A stretch of DNA of 32,000 nt. Source: Microcystis aeruginosa NIES-843 (GTDB lineage Bacteria > Cyanobacteriota > Cyanobacteriia > Cyanobacteriales > Microcystaceae). The stretch spans positions 1,050,001 through 1,082,000 of the forward strand of contig NC_010296.1 of the NCBI RefSeq assembly GCF_000010625.1, written 5' to 3'. The position numbers were made by a program, and so were the translations under genes. The notes under the pieces were generated by a model. The model was not told where the DNA came from. It searched no databases and worked only from the letters and a program-made list of their open reading frames with translations. Below, piece by piece: positions 18,106-26,992 of the stretch. Each line of letters begins with the position of its first letter. Position 1 is the stretch's first letter.

Positions 18106-18225
18106 TAAGTAGCTGGTTATAATTAAATTAAAAATGTATTTTAGGTTCGATCCCCCCTTCCCCCCTTGATAAGGGGGGTGCCGATAGGCGGGGGGATCTG
18201 GTAGTTTTTAACCCCTACCTACTTA
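18106..18225 (+). mobile_element. MITE family 2 copy (TIR TAAGTAGCTGG / CCTACCTACTTA) with G6/C6 hairpins
   Basis: Near-identical to 24519..24671 in the same orientation. The interior is GATCCCCCCTTCCCCCCTTGATAAGGGGGGTGCCGATAGGCGGGGGGATC. Confidence 0.75.
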
Positions 18226-18309
18226 AATAGTAAAATACATGAAACAATAATAACTAATACTGGCAGATTTTAACAGTTGATAATCTTGGTAGTTATTTTG
18301 TATTAGTCG

Positions 18310-19221
18310 GTGATAAACCCTATTATTTTCAGTAATCGATCGACAATGTTTTTTAATTGGATAACTTTACCCTATTTATTAATTAATCCTGTTTTAATTC
18401 CCTTGAGTATAGCTCGATCGGAAACTATTCTTGTTCAAGAAGTCAGCGATCCTAATTATCAAAAACTGGTGCAGTACGCCCAAAATACACAACTCGATCG
18501 CCTAGCCATGGCTGATATAATCCAGAATATGGCCACTCAATTTTTAGGAGCAAAATATCAAGCAGGATTACTCGATCGCTCTCCTACAGAAAAATTATTT
18601 ATCTCTTTAAAAGAGTTTGATTGTGTCCTCTTTGTGGAAACAGTTCTCGCTTTGAGTCACAATTTTGCTTTAAAAAATTATCAGTATTCTGCTTTTAGTC
18701 AACAGGTTTTAAATCAACGTTATCGCCACGGTATTCTCGACGGTTATTGTAGTCGCCTGCATTACTTTTCCGATTGGATTAATGACAACCAAAAACGAGG
18801 CAATCTAGAAAATATTACTCACAAATTAGGAGGAATTACTCTTGACAAAAAGCTCAACTTTATCAGCAAAAACCGCCATCTATATCCCCAGTTAAAAACT
18901 CAAAGTAATTACCATTGTATTCAACAGTTAGAACGGCAATTAGAAAGCTTATCCTTAACCTATATTCCCACCGCTAAGATTAAAGATATTTATCCACAAC
19001 TGCAAGCTGGCGATATTATCGGTGTCGTGACTAATATCGCTGGTTTAGATACCACCCATACCGGTCTAGTTTATCGCTTTGCCGATGGCAAAATTGGCTT
19101 AATTCATGCCTCTCCTGCTGGTCAAGTTACCATTGCTAAAGACCTAGAAAAATATATCACTAAAGTGGACAAAGCCATCGGTATTTTTGTCGTTCGTTCC
19201 CTTGATCCAAGAAATAGGTAG
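18310..19221 (+). CDS. DUF1460 / N-acetylmuramoyl-L-alanine amidase-like domain protein (probably secreted)
   Basis: FDCVLFVETVLALS and SRLHYFSDWINDN match my memory of DUF1460. The true start may be the ATG at 18346 (MFFNWITLPYLL..., signal-like). Confidence 0.6.
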   Translation: MINPIIFSNRSTMFFNWITLPYLLINPVLIPLSIARSETILVQEVSDPNYQKLVQYAQNTQLDRLAMADIIQNMATQFLGAKYQAGLLDRSPTEKLFISLKEFDCVLFVETVLALSHNFALKNYQYSAFSQQVLNQRYRHGILDGYCSRLHYFSDWINDNQKRGNLENITHKLGGITLDKKLNFISKNRHLYPQLKTQSNYHCIQQLERQLESLSLTYIPTAKIKDIYPQLQAGDIIGVVTNIAGLDTTHTGLVYRFADGKIGLIHASPAGQVTIAKDLEKYITKVDKAIGIFVVRSLDPRNR

Positions 19222-19432
19222 GGTTTGCTGAATAAATCTAAAAACCTTGTTGGATAAGACTTTTAGACCTTTTTGAAATCCAAAAGTGCCTGGCATGGGA
19301 GTGATCAGGGGGAAATTCAGGTACTTTTTCCCTGAAAATTAGGTAATTGACCCCCTCAAAATCGGTAAAACCCCACACCCCACACCCTACACCCTACACC
19401 CTGCTTCTAGGAAAAACTTTTTCAGCAGACCC
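19221..19432 (+). mobile_element. MITE family 1 copy (212 bp, TIR GGGTTTGCTGAA / TTCAGCAGACCC, TA duplication)
   Basis: TA at 19219-19220 and 19433-19434. The first G of the element completes the TAG stop of the upstream gene. It contains an ACCCCAC/ACCCTAC heptamer array at 19370..19404. Confidence 0.8.
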
Positions 19433-19491
19433 TAGGTAGATAGGGAGCGAGGGCAGCAGAAAAAAATTGTGGTTCCACCCTATTGTTCATC

Positions 19492-20667
19492 TCAATTTAG
19501 GTGTTCAATGTCGGTAATAATCGGTAAAATCACCGTGATCTTTGTGCCTTTTCCTTCCTCACTTTCCAGGTAAATTTGTCCTTTGTGCGCTTCCACACAG
19601 CGTCCGACAATGGCTAATCCTAATCCCGTTCCTTGAATATTATCGACATTGCTACCGCGATAAAAAGGTTTAAATAAATGTTCTTGATCTTTGCTGGGAA
19701 TACCAATTCCTCGATCGATAATTTTAAAGACTACCTGCTCGGATTCGACAATAATCTTAAATTCTACGGGGTTTCCTTCGGGTGAATATTTGAGAGCATT
19801 TCCCAGTAAATTTGTCAAGATATGTTTAATTAAATTTATATCCCAAAGTCCTCTTTCTAAGCTGCCCTTAATTTGGAAAATAATTGCTGATTGCAGCTCC
19901 GGCTTAACAATAAAAGATTCTACCAATTTCTGACAATAATCCAGTAAATCCACCGGATCAAATTGACAGTATAATCTCCCGGAATCGGCCCGGCCAATTA
20001 ATAACACTTCTGTGAGCAATTGATCCATGTCTTTAATGGCCGATCGAATCATGCGAAAATAGCTAACTTGCTGATCTTTTGTCAACCGATCGCGACTTTC
20101 TTCTAATAATCCAGCCGAGAGTAAAATTTTATTTAAAGGATTGCGAAAATCGTGGGATAACATGGAAACAAATTCAGTTTTTAACTGATTTAATTCCTGA
20201 GCTTTTTCCAGTTGATTAGTGCGTTCAATCACGCTCATTTTTAAAGCTTCGTTCGATTCTCGTAAAGCTTCCTCCATCTGTTTTCGCTCGATCGCATAAC
20301 ATAGCGATCGAGTTAAAATTTCTAAACTTACTTCTCTTTTAATTAAATAATCCTGCGCTCCCTGACGCAGTGCTGCCAAAGCTAAATTATCATCATTAGT
20401 ATTAGTTAAAACCACGATCGGCAATTTCGGAGCCTTAATCAAAAGGGGAGCTAAGGATTGCAAACCCTGACTATCTGGTAAAGTTAGATCTAATAAAATT
20501 ACATCAAAATTTGTTTGTTGTAACAGAGAAATTGCCTCGGATAATCTTGACACATTAACCAGATGAAATTCTTTTTTTTCATTACCCTTAAGAATTTCCT
20601 TTAATAATCGAGCTTCGGCTAAATTATCCTCGATTAAAAGAACTTTTATATCCTGCGAGAGTCCCAT
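19492..20667 (-). CDS. Hybrid response-regulator / histidine kinase (REC-HisKA-HATPase_c)
   Basis: N-terminal REC domain (LLIEDN...DVILLDLTLPD), H-box SMLSHDFRNPLN, and the HATPase motifs NALKYSP, DRGIGIP and GTGLGLAIV. Confidence 0.9.
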   Translation of the reverse strand: MGLSQDIKVLLIEDNLAEARLLKEILKGNEKKEFHLVNVSRLSEAISLLQQTNFDVILLDLTLPDSQGLQSLAPLLIKAPKLPIVVLTNTNDDNLALAALRQGAQDYLIKREVSLEILTRSLCYAIERKQMEEALRESNEALKMSVIERTNQLEKAQELNQLKTEFVSMLSHDFRNPLNKILLSAGLLEESRDRLTKDQQVSYFRMIRSAIKDMDQLLTEVLLIGRADSGRLYCQFDPVDLLDYCQKLVESFIVKPELQSAIIFQIKGSLERGLWDINLIKHILTNLLGNALKYSPEGNPVEFKIIVESEQVVFKIIDRGIGIPSKDQEHLFKPFYRGSNVDNIQGTGLGLAIVGRCVEAHKGQIYLESEEGKGTKITVILPIITDIEHLN

Positions 20668-20722
20668 TTTTTAATCAAGAGTTAAAGAGATTTGGGAGGG
20701 TAGGGATTTGGGAGGTTAGGAA

Positions 20723-20764
20723 GTGGGGTGTGGGGTGTAGGGTGTGGGGTGTGGGGTGTGGGGA
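20723..20764. repeat. GT(G/A)GGGT heptamer tandem array, 6 units
   Basis: GTGGGGT GTGGGGT GTAGGGT GTGGGGT GTGGGGT GTGGGGA. The same heptamer is arrayed at 5053..5087, 19370..19404 (complement) and 26930..26992. Confidence 0.9.
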
Positions 20765-20793
20765 GAATAAAGCTGACTCCTGACGACCGACTC

Positions 20794-20891
20794 CTGATAA
20801 CTGATAACTGATCACTGATAACTGATAACTGATAACTGATAACTGATAACTGATAACTGATAACTGATAACTGATAACTGATAACTGATCA
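20794..20891. repeat. CTGATAA heptamer tandem array, 14 units (12 CTGATAA + 2 CTGATCA)
   Basis: Counted directly: 98 nt between the rcp1-like stop (20896) and the downstream REC-HK start (20667). Confidence 0.95.
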
Positions 20892-20895
20892 TGAT

Positions 20896-21342
20896 TCACT
20901 CCCCGGGTAAAGTAGCGGTTTCTAACCAAAAAGCCTCGATATTTTTGACAATTTTGAACAAATCGTTGAGATTGCGCGACTTGGTTATATAACAATTAAC
21001 GTGCAGTTCATAGCTATAAAAAATATCCTCCTCGTTGCGAGAAGTGGTTAAAACCACCACAGGAATTCTTTTTAAACTGGGATCGTTTTTTATTTCCGCT
21101 AATACCTCCCGTCCGTCTTTTCTGGGTAAATTCAGATCGAGAAGAATCAGATTAGGACGGGGAGAATCGAGATACTCCCCTTCTCGACGCAGATAATCCA
21201 TGGCGTTGACACCATCCCTAACGATAACTAATTCGTGCGGGACGGTGCTAGTTTTTAATGCCTCTTGGATGAGGCGAATATCAGCTTTGCTGTCCTCCAC
21301 TAATAAGATAATTTTGTGTGGCACGTCCTCGCCAGCGCTCAC
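20896..21342 (-). CDS. rcp1: Single-domain response regulator, Rcp1-like (phytochrome partner)
   Basis: REC domain (ILLVEDSKADIRL..., LILLDLNLPRKDG, VVVLTTS, CYITK). I prefer the GTG at 21342 (AGGAGG at 21351..21356, 8-nt spacer) to the track's GTG at 21351, which abuts the SD. Confidence 0.85.
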   Translation of the reverse strand: MSAGEDVPHKIILLVEDSKADIRLIQEALKTSTVPHELVIVRDGVNAMDYLRREGEYLDSPRPNLILLDLNLPRKDGREVLAEIKNDPSLKRIPVVVLTTSRNEEDIFYSYELHVNCYITKSRNLNDLFKIVKNIEAFWLETATLPGE

Positions 21343-23587
21343 GCTCGTCACCTCCTAGGGGAATTGTAAAACAGAAAACCGCTCCTTTACCTAATTGGGA
21401 TTCTACCCAAATTCGTCCGCGATGACACTCGATAATTTTCTTACAAATCGCTAAACCCATACCTGTGCCGGGGTACTCGTCGCGGGTGTGTAGTCGTTGG
21501 AAAATCACGAAAATACGTTCGGAAAATCGGGGATCGATACCAATTCCATTATCGGTGACAGAGAACAGCCATTCCTCCTCTTGACGTTGGGCAGCAATAT
21601 GAATAGTGGGAGTTGCTTTTCCCCGGAATTTAATGGCATTACCGATGAGATTTTGGAACAATTGCATTAACTGGGTTTTATCTGCCATGACAATTGGCAA
21701 AGGATCAACGGTGATTATAGCTTGACTTTCCTGAATTCTCCCTTTCAGGTTAGCGAGAGCTTTTTCCAGTGCCAGATTAGCATCGATGGTATTAAACTCT
21801 ACCGCCTGCATATCCACTTTCGAGTAAGCCAGCACATCATCTATTAATGTTTGCATCAAACTGACACCTTCGACGGCAAAAGTAATAAATTCTTTAGCAT
21901 CTTCGTCCAGTTCTTCGGTGTAGCGCATTTCTAGCAACTGCACATAGTTGGCGACTTGATTGAGGGGTTCCTGTAAATCGTGGGAGGCGACGTAGGCGAA
22001 TTTTTTTAATTCGGCGTTTGATAGTTCCAAATCCCGCGCTAAACGTGCCAACTCATCCGCTTGTTTTAAGATGATATTGACGATCGCTTTTCGTAATTCT
22101 AGTGCGGCGTTGATTTCTACTGCTTTCCAGGGTAAAGATTTGAGGCGAACGGTTTCTTTCCAGAGGGAGAAAGATTTACGCGGACAGAGACGAATATCAC
22201 CATCTATGGCAGTCGTTTCCATCGCTTTACCCGGATCACCACCCCAGTTCACGGTTTGAATTACTTCCGGACGAAACCAGAGGAGATAATTACGTTTAGA
22301 AATGGGAATTGCTAGTAAACCACTGGCAATGTCTTTAAACTTACCCGCATCGGCATAAATTCGCGGTAAGGAATTGGTATAGTAAACATCTTCATGGACG
22401 TTTTTTTCTAGCCAAGTAATCAGATAATTTAGTTCTTCTTCGCTCGGTGTTACTCCAATTAAGGTATAATTGCCGCCTAAACAAATAGCGGCTCCTGTGG
22501 CTTTAGTTAGATCGAGCAGATTCGGTTTATGGGCAATTAATCCATCAATAAAGTTATTAGCTTCCGCCATATAATCGATTAATTGCGATTGCACAAAATT
22601 TAATTTCACTCGATAGTCATAATCCTCGGTTTCTTCCCGTGCCGATATTTCCGAAAAAATCACTCTTCCTAAGAACTCACAAGCTTTACGGAGTTCGTAG
22701 GGTACATATTTAGGGGTGCGGTGATGACAGGCAATAATGCCCCAGAGACGTTTATTTTCAATCAGAGAAATGGTTAGAGATGCTCCCACTCCCATGTTAT
22801 GCAGGTATTCTAAATGACAGGGAGAAGCACTTCTAAGACTGGACAGGGTTAAATTTAAGGGTTGTTGGGTTTCGGGATGAAGACTAGGCACTAGATCGAC
22901 GGGTTCAGAGGTAGCATCGGGAATCTGTCGAATCCAATTAGCACTTAATAAATTTCGTGCCGGGAGAGGGATATCGGAAGCGGGATAACGTAAACCGAGA
23001 TAGGGTTCTAGTTGCTCTATTTTGTCTTCTGCTATCACATCACCGTTATCTTCTTCGTCGAATTTGTATAACATAACTCGATCGAATCCTGTCATTTTTC
23101 TTACTTCTTTAACGATGATATTACAGAAATCTTTCAGGCTACGGGTGGCTTCAAGTTTATCGATCGAAGTTTTGGCTAGGTGATAGAATCTCAGGAAAGG
23201 AATGTTTTCATAGGAGATAGCTGGTTCTAACTCTAAAATCAGCATTTGTTCGGCGTTGCGGTGGAAAATAGCATCAAAGACGGCAAAATCATCCCCTTTA
23301 ACCCGCGCCCAAATTTTGGAGGGATTGATAGCATCAAAATCGTTATTTTCTATGGCTGATTTTAGAGGATCGATCTGAAAGGGATCGAAGATTTCCTCTA
23401 GGGTTTTACCGATAATTTCCCCCGGAGAAATGCCCAATAAACTGCGGCTATTACTGCTGGTTTGGCTGACTTTTAGCTCCGGTTCGCTGAGAACTAAAAG
23501 CACCCCGTGCGGTTGAATTCGGTTATAGAGATGGATCGGTTCCCGTTCGATCGAAGTTGGGTTAATTGTCTCGGTTAGAACTTCCAT
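21281..23587 (-). CDS. cph1: Cyanobacterial phytochrome, Cph1-type (PAS-GAF-PHY-HisKA-HATPase_c)
   Basis: 768 aa. Contains the GAF chromophore-pocket motif SASPCHLEYLHNMGV with the canonical Cys, H-box ASHDLQEPLN, and a C-terminal kinase core. Confidence 0.9.
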   Translation of the reverse strand: MEVLTETINPTSIEREPIHLYNRIQPHGVLLVLSEPELKVSQTSSNSRSLLGISPGEIIGKTLEEIFDPFQIDPLKSAIENNDFDAINPSKIWARVKGDDFAVFDAIFHRNAEQMLILELEPAISYENIPFLRFYHLAKTSIDKLEATRSLKDFCNIIVKEVRKMTGFDRVMLYKFDEEDNGDVIAEDKIEQLEPYLGLRYPASDIPLPARNLLSANWIRQIPDATSEPVDLVPSLHPETQQPLNLTLSSLRSASPCHLEYLHNMGVGASLTISLIENKRLWGIIACHHRTPKYVPYELRKACEFLGRVIFSEISAREETEDYDYRVKLNFVQSQLIDYMAEANNFIDGLIAHKPNLLDLTKATGAAICLGGNYTLIGVTPSEEELNYLITWLEKNVHEDVYYTNSLPRIYADAGKFKDIASGLLAIPISKRNYLLWFRPEVIQTVNWGGDPGKAMETTAIDGDIRLCPRKSFSLWKETVRLKSLPWKAVEINAALELRKAIVNIILKQADELARLARDLELSNAELKKFAYVASHDLQEPLNQVANYVQLLEMRYTEELDEDAKEFITFAVEGVSLMQTLIDDVLAYSKVDMQAVEFNTIDANLALEKALANLKGRIQESQAIITVDPLPIVMADKTQLMQLFQNLIGNAIKFRGKATPTIHIAAQRQEEEWLFSVTDNGIGIDPRFSERIFVIFQRLHTRDEYPGTGMGLAICKKIIECHRGRIWVESQLGKGAVFCFTIPLGGDERERWRGRATQNYLISGGQQS

Positions 23588-23975
23588 GTGTATTGCCCCC
23601 AGAGGATTTTTGCCAAGTTGAAAACTCTTTGTTTATTAAAACTATTTCTTCTCACTTTCAGGGAGCGATCAAGAATAAATTTACTTCTCTTAATACTAGG
23701 CCATCAAAAGTAATAAAACTTTAATTAATCAGTTATCTATCGATCGAGCAGTTCTGTTCAGTTCCCTTTATTATAATCAGTTTTTCTCTGAGAATCTAGG
23801 GTCATTTGTTAAGAATTAAGAGTTAATGTTACAAGGGACAGATAATTCTTAATAAAAATATATGGTAGTTAAGGGGTTTCAGAACCAAAAATTGCAAGGA
23901 AAGCACCCTAGAAAAGTAGGCAATATCGCACTGTGATTGTGCAATTGATAAGAAAGAACAAATTCAAGAGATCAA

Positions 23976-24257
23976 TTAGTAAACTTGATCGTGTTTGCCA
24001 ATATCAACTATAACAATTAAAGTTTCTCCTGAATCAGTATCTTGACGAAAAGTAAAAATAATACGGCAATCGTAACTAACAGAACATGACCAATAACCTT
24101 CTAATCTACCTGTTAGCTTATGAGATTTTAAAGAAGGGGTAAAGGGATTATCTTCTAACAAATGTAGAACCTCTGATACCTTGCTTTGTAGTTGAGGATT
24201 TTTGCTGATTAAGCGTTGAAAAGCTCTTTTAAAGCTTTTGTCAGCAACTAATTTCAT
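23976..24257 (-). CDS. Type II toxin, RelE/YafQ-family mRNA interferase
   Basis: 93 aa. KSHKLTGRLEGYWSCSVSYDCRIIF...IGKHDQVY is the RelE/YafQ pattern. There is a 4-nt ATGA overlap with the upstream small gene. Confidence 0.8.
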   Translation of the reverse strand: MKLVADKSFKRAFQRLISKNPQLQSKVSEVLHLLEDNPFTPSLKSHKLTGRLEGYWSCSVSYDCRIIFTFRQDTDSGETLIVIVDIGKHDQVY

Positions 24258-24478
24258 TCTTCTTCATCCTCTAACAAATAAGCCATTATCTCTTCAGCAC
24301 TGCCTTTTTTTGCTGTTCCCATTGCTAAAGATTTTAAGGTTTCTTCGCCATTTTTAGCCATCTCCTCCCGGCGTTTCTCAATGCGTCTTTTACGAATTAG
24401 CTCAAACAAATAATCTTGGTCTTCAATGGATAGACTCTCTACCGATTCGATAATATCTTGAAAAAATGCGATACTCAT
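24254..24478 (-). CDS. Putative cognate antitoxin (family not recognised)
   Basis: 74-aa acidic ORF translationally coupled to the RelE-like gene. The assignment rests on position and size only. Confidence 0.6.
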   Translation of the reverse strand: MSIAFFQDIIESVESLSIEDQDYLFELIRKRRIEKRREEMAKNGEETLKSLAMGTAKKGSAEEIMAYLLEDEEE

Positions 24479-24518
24479 TACAGTTTCCTCCTGTTAGTTA
24501 ACTTTTTTCCTGATATGC

Positions 24519-24671
24519 TAAGTAGCTGGTTATAATTAAATTAAAAATGGATTTTAGGTTCGATCCCCCCTGCCCCCCTTGATAAGGGGGGTGCCGATAG
24601 GCGGGGGGATCCCCCCTTAATCCCCCCTTAATAAGGGGGGCATCTGACAACTTTTAACGCCTACCTACTTA
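24519..24671 (+). mobile_element. MITE family 2 copy (153 bp, carries an internal extra CCCCCCTTAAT... unit)
   Basis: Same termini and core as 18106..18225, with an added CCCCCCTTAATCCCCCCTTAATAAGGGGGGC segment. Confidence 0.75.
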
Positions 24672-24779
24672 TCACAATATAGTCAAGTAGGGTGCGTCAG
24701 ACAATCCCTTGTTTTTAGGGAAAAAATCAAGAGCTAAATATTGCCGTAACGCACCACAAAGAAAAGTGTTTGGCTACTT

Positions 24780-26831
24780 TTATAACCCGCTATGACGGAG
24801 GAGAGGCTCGGTACTAGGTTCGCGACCGCGGAAAGCTTTAAAAACATTCATAGGATGGGAACTTCCCCCCATAGCTAAGACAGTATCGCGAAAACGGCGG
24901 CCGATCGCTTTCACTGCTTCTTCGTTATCTAATCCCACTTCCTCGAAAGCGGCAAAAGCATCGGCGCTGAGAACTTCTGCCCATTTATAACTATAGTAAC
25001 CCGCCGCATAACCGCCAGCGAAAATATGCCCAAAAGAACACAAGAAAGCATCTTCCGGTAGAGGAGGAATTATCGTCGTCGTTGCCGCTAAACGCTGTCT
25101 AACTTGTTTAGGAGTTTCGCCGCCATTGGGTTGATAACGATGGTGTAATTCCAAATCTACTAAAGACAAATGTAGCTGACGCAGCATAGCCGAACCGCTC
25201 ATATAATTCTTAGCTAGGAGCAGTTTTTGATAGTAATGTTCGGGGAGAGTTTCACCGGTTTCGTAGTGTTTGGCCATACTCATTAAAGTAGGGCGATCAT
25301 AACACCAATTTTCCATAAATTGACTGGGCAATTCCACCGCATCCCACTCAACGTTATTAATACCCGCTGCGCCGGAATAGTCCACAGTGGTTAACATATG
25401 CTGTAAACCGTGGCCAAATTCGTGAAATAGGGTAGTTACCTCCTCAAAGGTCATTAAACTGGGGTTTCCGTCCACTGGAGGCGTTTGATTGCAGATTAAA
25501 TAAGCCACAGGTAAACGCACCTCGGCGCCGGTTTTGGCGCGACCGATACAGACATCCATCCAAGCGCCGCCGCGTTTTTCGGCGGGACGACTGTAGGCAT
25601 CGAGGTAGAAGTAGGCGATTTTTTCGCCCTTTTCGTCGTTAATCTGGAAATAACGCACATCGGGATGCCAGATAGGTGCTTTACCGTCGGCAGCGATAAT
25701 TTCTACCCCAAAAATCCGTTTAGCGAGGCTAAATATGCCTTCTAAAACCCGTGGTAGGGGGAAATAGGGGCGTAATTCCTCGGCACTAAAGTTAAACTTG
25801 GCCTGACGCTGTTTTTCTGACCAATAGGCTATATCCCAATGCTTGAGATCGTCGGTTCCCGCAAAAGTTTTTAAGGCCTCTAAATCCTGTTTTGCCGCTT
25901 CATAGCTTACTTGGCGTAAATTGTCAAGCAATTTCTCGATTTCATCCACAGAATTGGCCATTTTCCTGGCAAGACTGACCTCGGCGTAGGTACTATAACC
26001 TAGAAGATGGGCCTGTTCCTGACGAAGTTGCAAAATGCGATCGATTAAGGGATTATTATCCAATTCTCCCAGATCGGCCCGACTAACGTAGGCTTTATAG
26101 AGTTTTTCGCGCAATTCCCGATTATCGCTGTACTTCATAAAGGGGAAATAACTGGGAAAATCGAGGGTAATCACCCAGGGGCCAGTTTCGGTGCTGGCGT
26201 TAGTTTCTCCTTGGCCTCGGGCGGTTTGGGCGGCTAAACTAAGGAGACTAGGGGGTAAACCGGCGATATCTTCTGGGGTTGTTAGTTTCAGTTGAAAAGC
26301 TTTGGTGGCATCGAGGATGTTATTGGAAAATTTCGTGGTGATTTCCGCTAATTCCAGTTGAATCGCGTTAAATCTGTCTTTTTTCTCCCCTACTAATCCC
26401 ACCCCGGCCAATTGAGCATCCCGCAGGGAAGCTTCGACAATGCGCTGTTGTGCCTCGTCTAATTGCCCCCAGCTTTCTCCTTGGCGCAGGGACAAAAATG
26501 CCTCATAAATGGGTTTACTTTGGCTTAAACGGCTAATAAACTCGACTACCTGCGGTTGTACGGTTTCGTAAGCTTGACGCAATTCTGGGCTATTTTTTAC
26601 CCCCATCAGATGACCGATAATCCCCCAACTCCAGCTTAAACGTTCTTCGATCCGGGTGAGGGGTTCGACTAATTTTTCCCAGGTGGGGGCAATCTGCGCT
26701 TCTAGATCGGTTAATTCTCTGGCCAGTTCCTGCAAAAGTTGCGTCATGCCAGGGACAATCAGGCCGGGTTGGATTTGGTCAAAAGCCGGTAATCCTTGAC
26801 CGGCAAGCAGCGGGTTACTGGTGTTCGTCAT
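24780..26831 (-). CDS. prlC: Oligopeptidase A (M3 family zinc metallopeptidase)
   Basis: 683 aa with the zinc site TLFHEFGHGLQH (HEXXH). Overall M3A-like sequence. Confidence 0.9.
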   Translation of the reverse strand: MTNTSNPLLAGQGLPAFDQIQPGLIVPGMTQLLQELARELTDLEAQIAPTWEKLVEPLTRIEERLSWSWGIIGHLMGVKNSPELRQAYETVQPQVVEFISRLSQSKPIYEAFLSLRQGESWGQLDEAQQRIVEASLRDAQLAGVGLVGEKKDRFNAIQLELAEITTKFSNNILDATKAFQLKLTTPEDIAGLPPSLLSLAAQTARGQGETNASTETGPWVITLDFPSYFPFMKYSDNRELREKLYKAYVSRADLGELDNNPLIDRILQLRQEQAHLLGYSTYAEVSLARKMANSVDEIEKLLDNLRQVSYEAAKQDLEALKTFAGTDDLKHWDIAYWSEKQRQAKFNFSAEELRPYFPLPRVLEGIFSLAKRIFGVEIIAADGKAPIWHPDVRYFQINDEKGEKIAYFYLDAYSRPAEKRGGAWMDVCIGRAKTGAEVRLPVAYLICNQTPPVDGNPSLMTFEEVTTLFHEFGHGLQHMLTTVDYSGAAGINNVEWDAVELPSQFMENWCYDRPTLMSMAKHYETGETLPEHYYQKLLLAKNYMSGSAMLRQLHLSLVDLELHHRYQPNGGETPKQVRQRLAATTTIIPPLPEDAFLCSFGHIFAGGYAAGYYSYKWAEVLSADAFAAFEEVGLDNEEAVKAIGRRFRDTVLAMGGSSHPMNVFKAFRGREPSTEPLLRHSGL

Positions 26832-26929
26832 AATTGTTGGTCTGGAAGGGTGGGTAATCTGTATCTTTTACTACCCTAACCCAAATCCCCGACCATCTAT
26901 CCGGGCGATCGAACGCCGGAGCTTTTTCA

Positions 26930-26992
26930 GTGGGGTGTAGGGTGTGGGGTGTGGGGTGTGGGGTGTAGGGTGTGGGGTGTAGGGTGTAGGGA
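26930..26992. repeat. GT(G/A)GGGT heptamer tandem array, 9 units
   Basis: Counted directly. It lies about 100 nt upstream of the prlC start and generates the spurious HPTPHTLHPTP ORF on the minus strand. Confidence 0.9.

Noticed and set aside
20794-20891. Possible CRISPR array
   Set aside because: The units are contiguous 7-nt tandem repeats with no spacers. No array with repeats of about 28-37 nt and no cas genes occur anywhere in the window.
20675-20995. 106-aa ORF with repeated QLSVISY and HPTPH segments
   Set aside because: It is simply the translation of the CTGATAA and GTGGGGT heptamer arrays on the minus strand, and it overlaps the 3' end of the rcp1-like gene. It has no start context.
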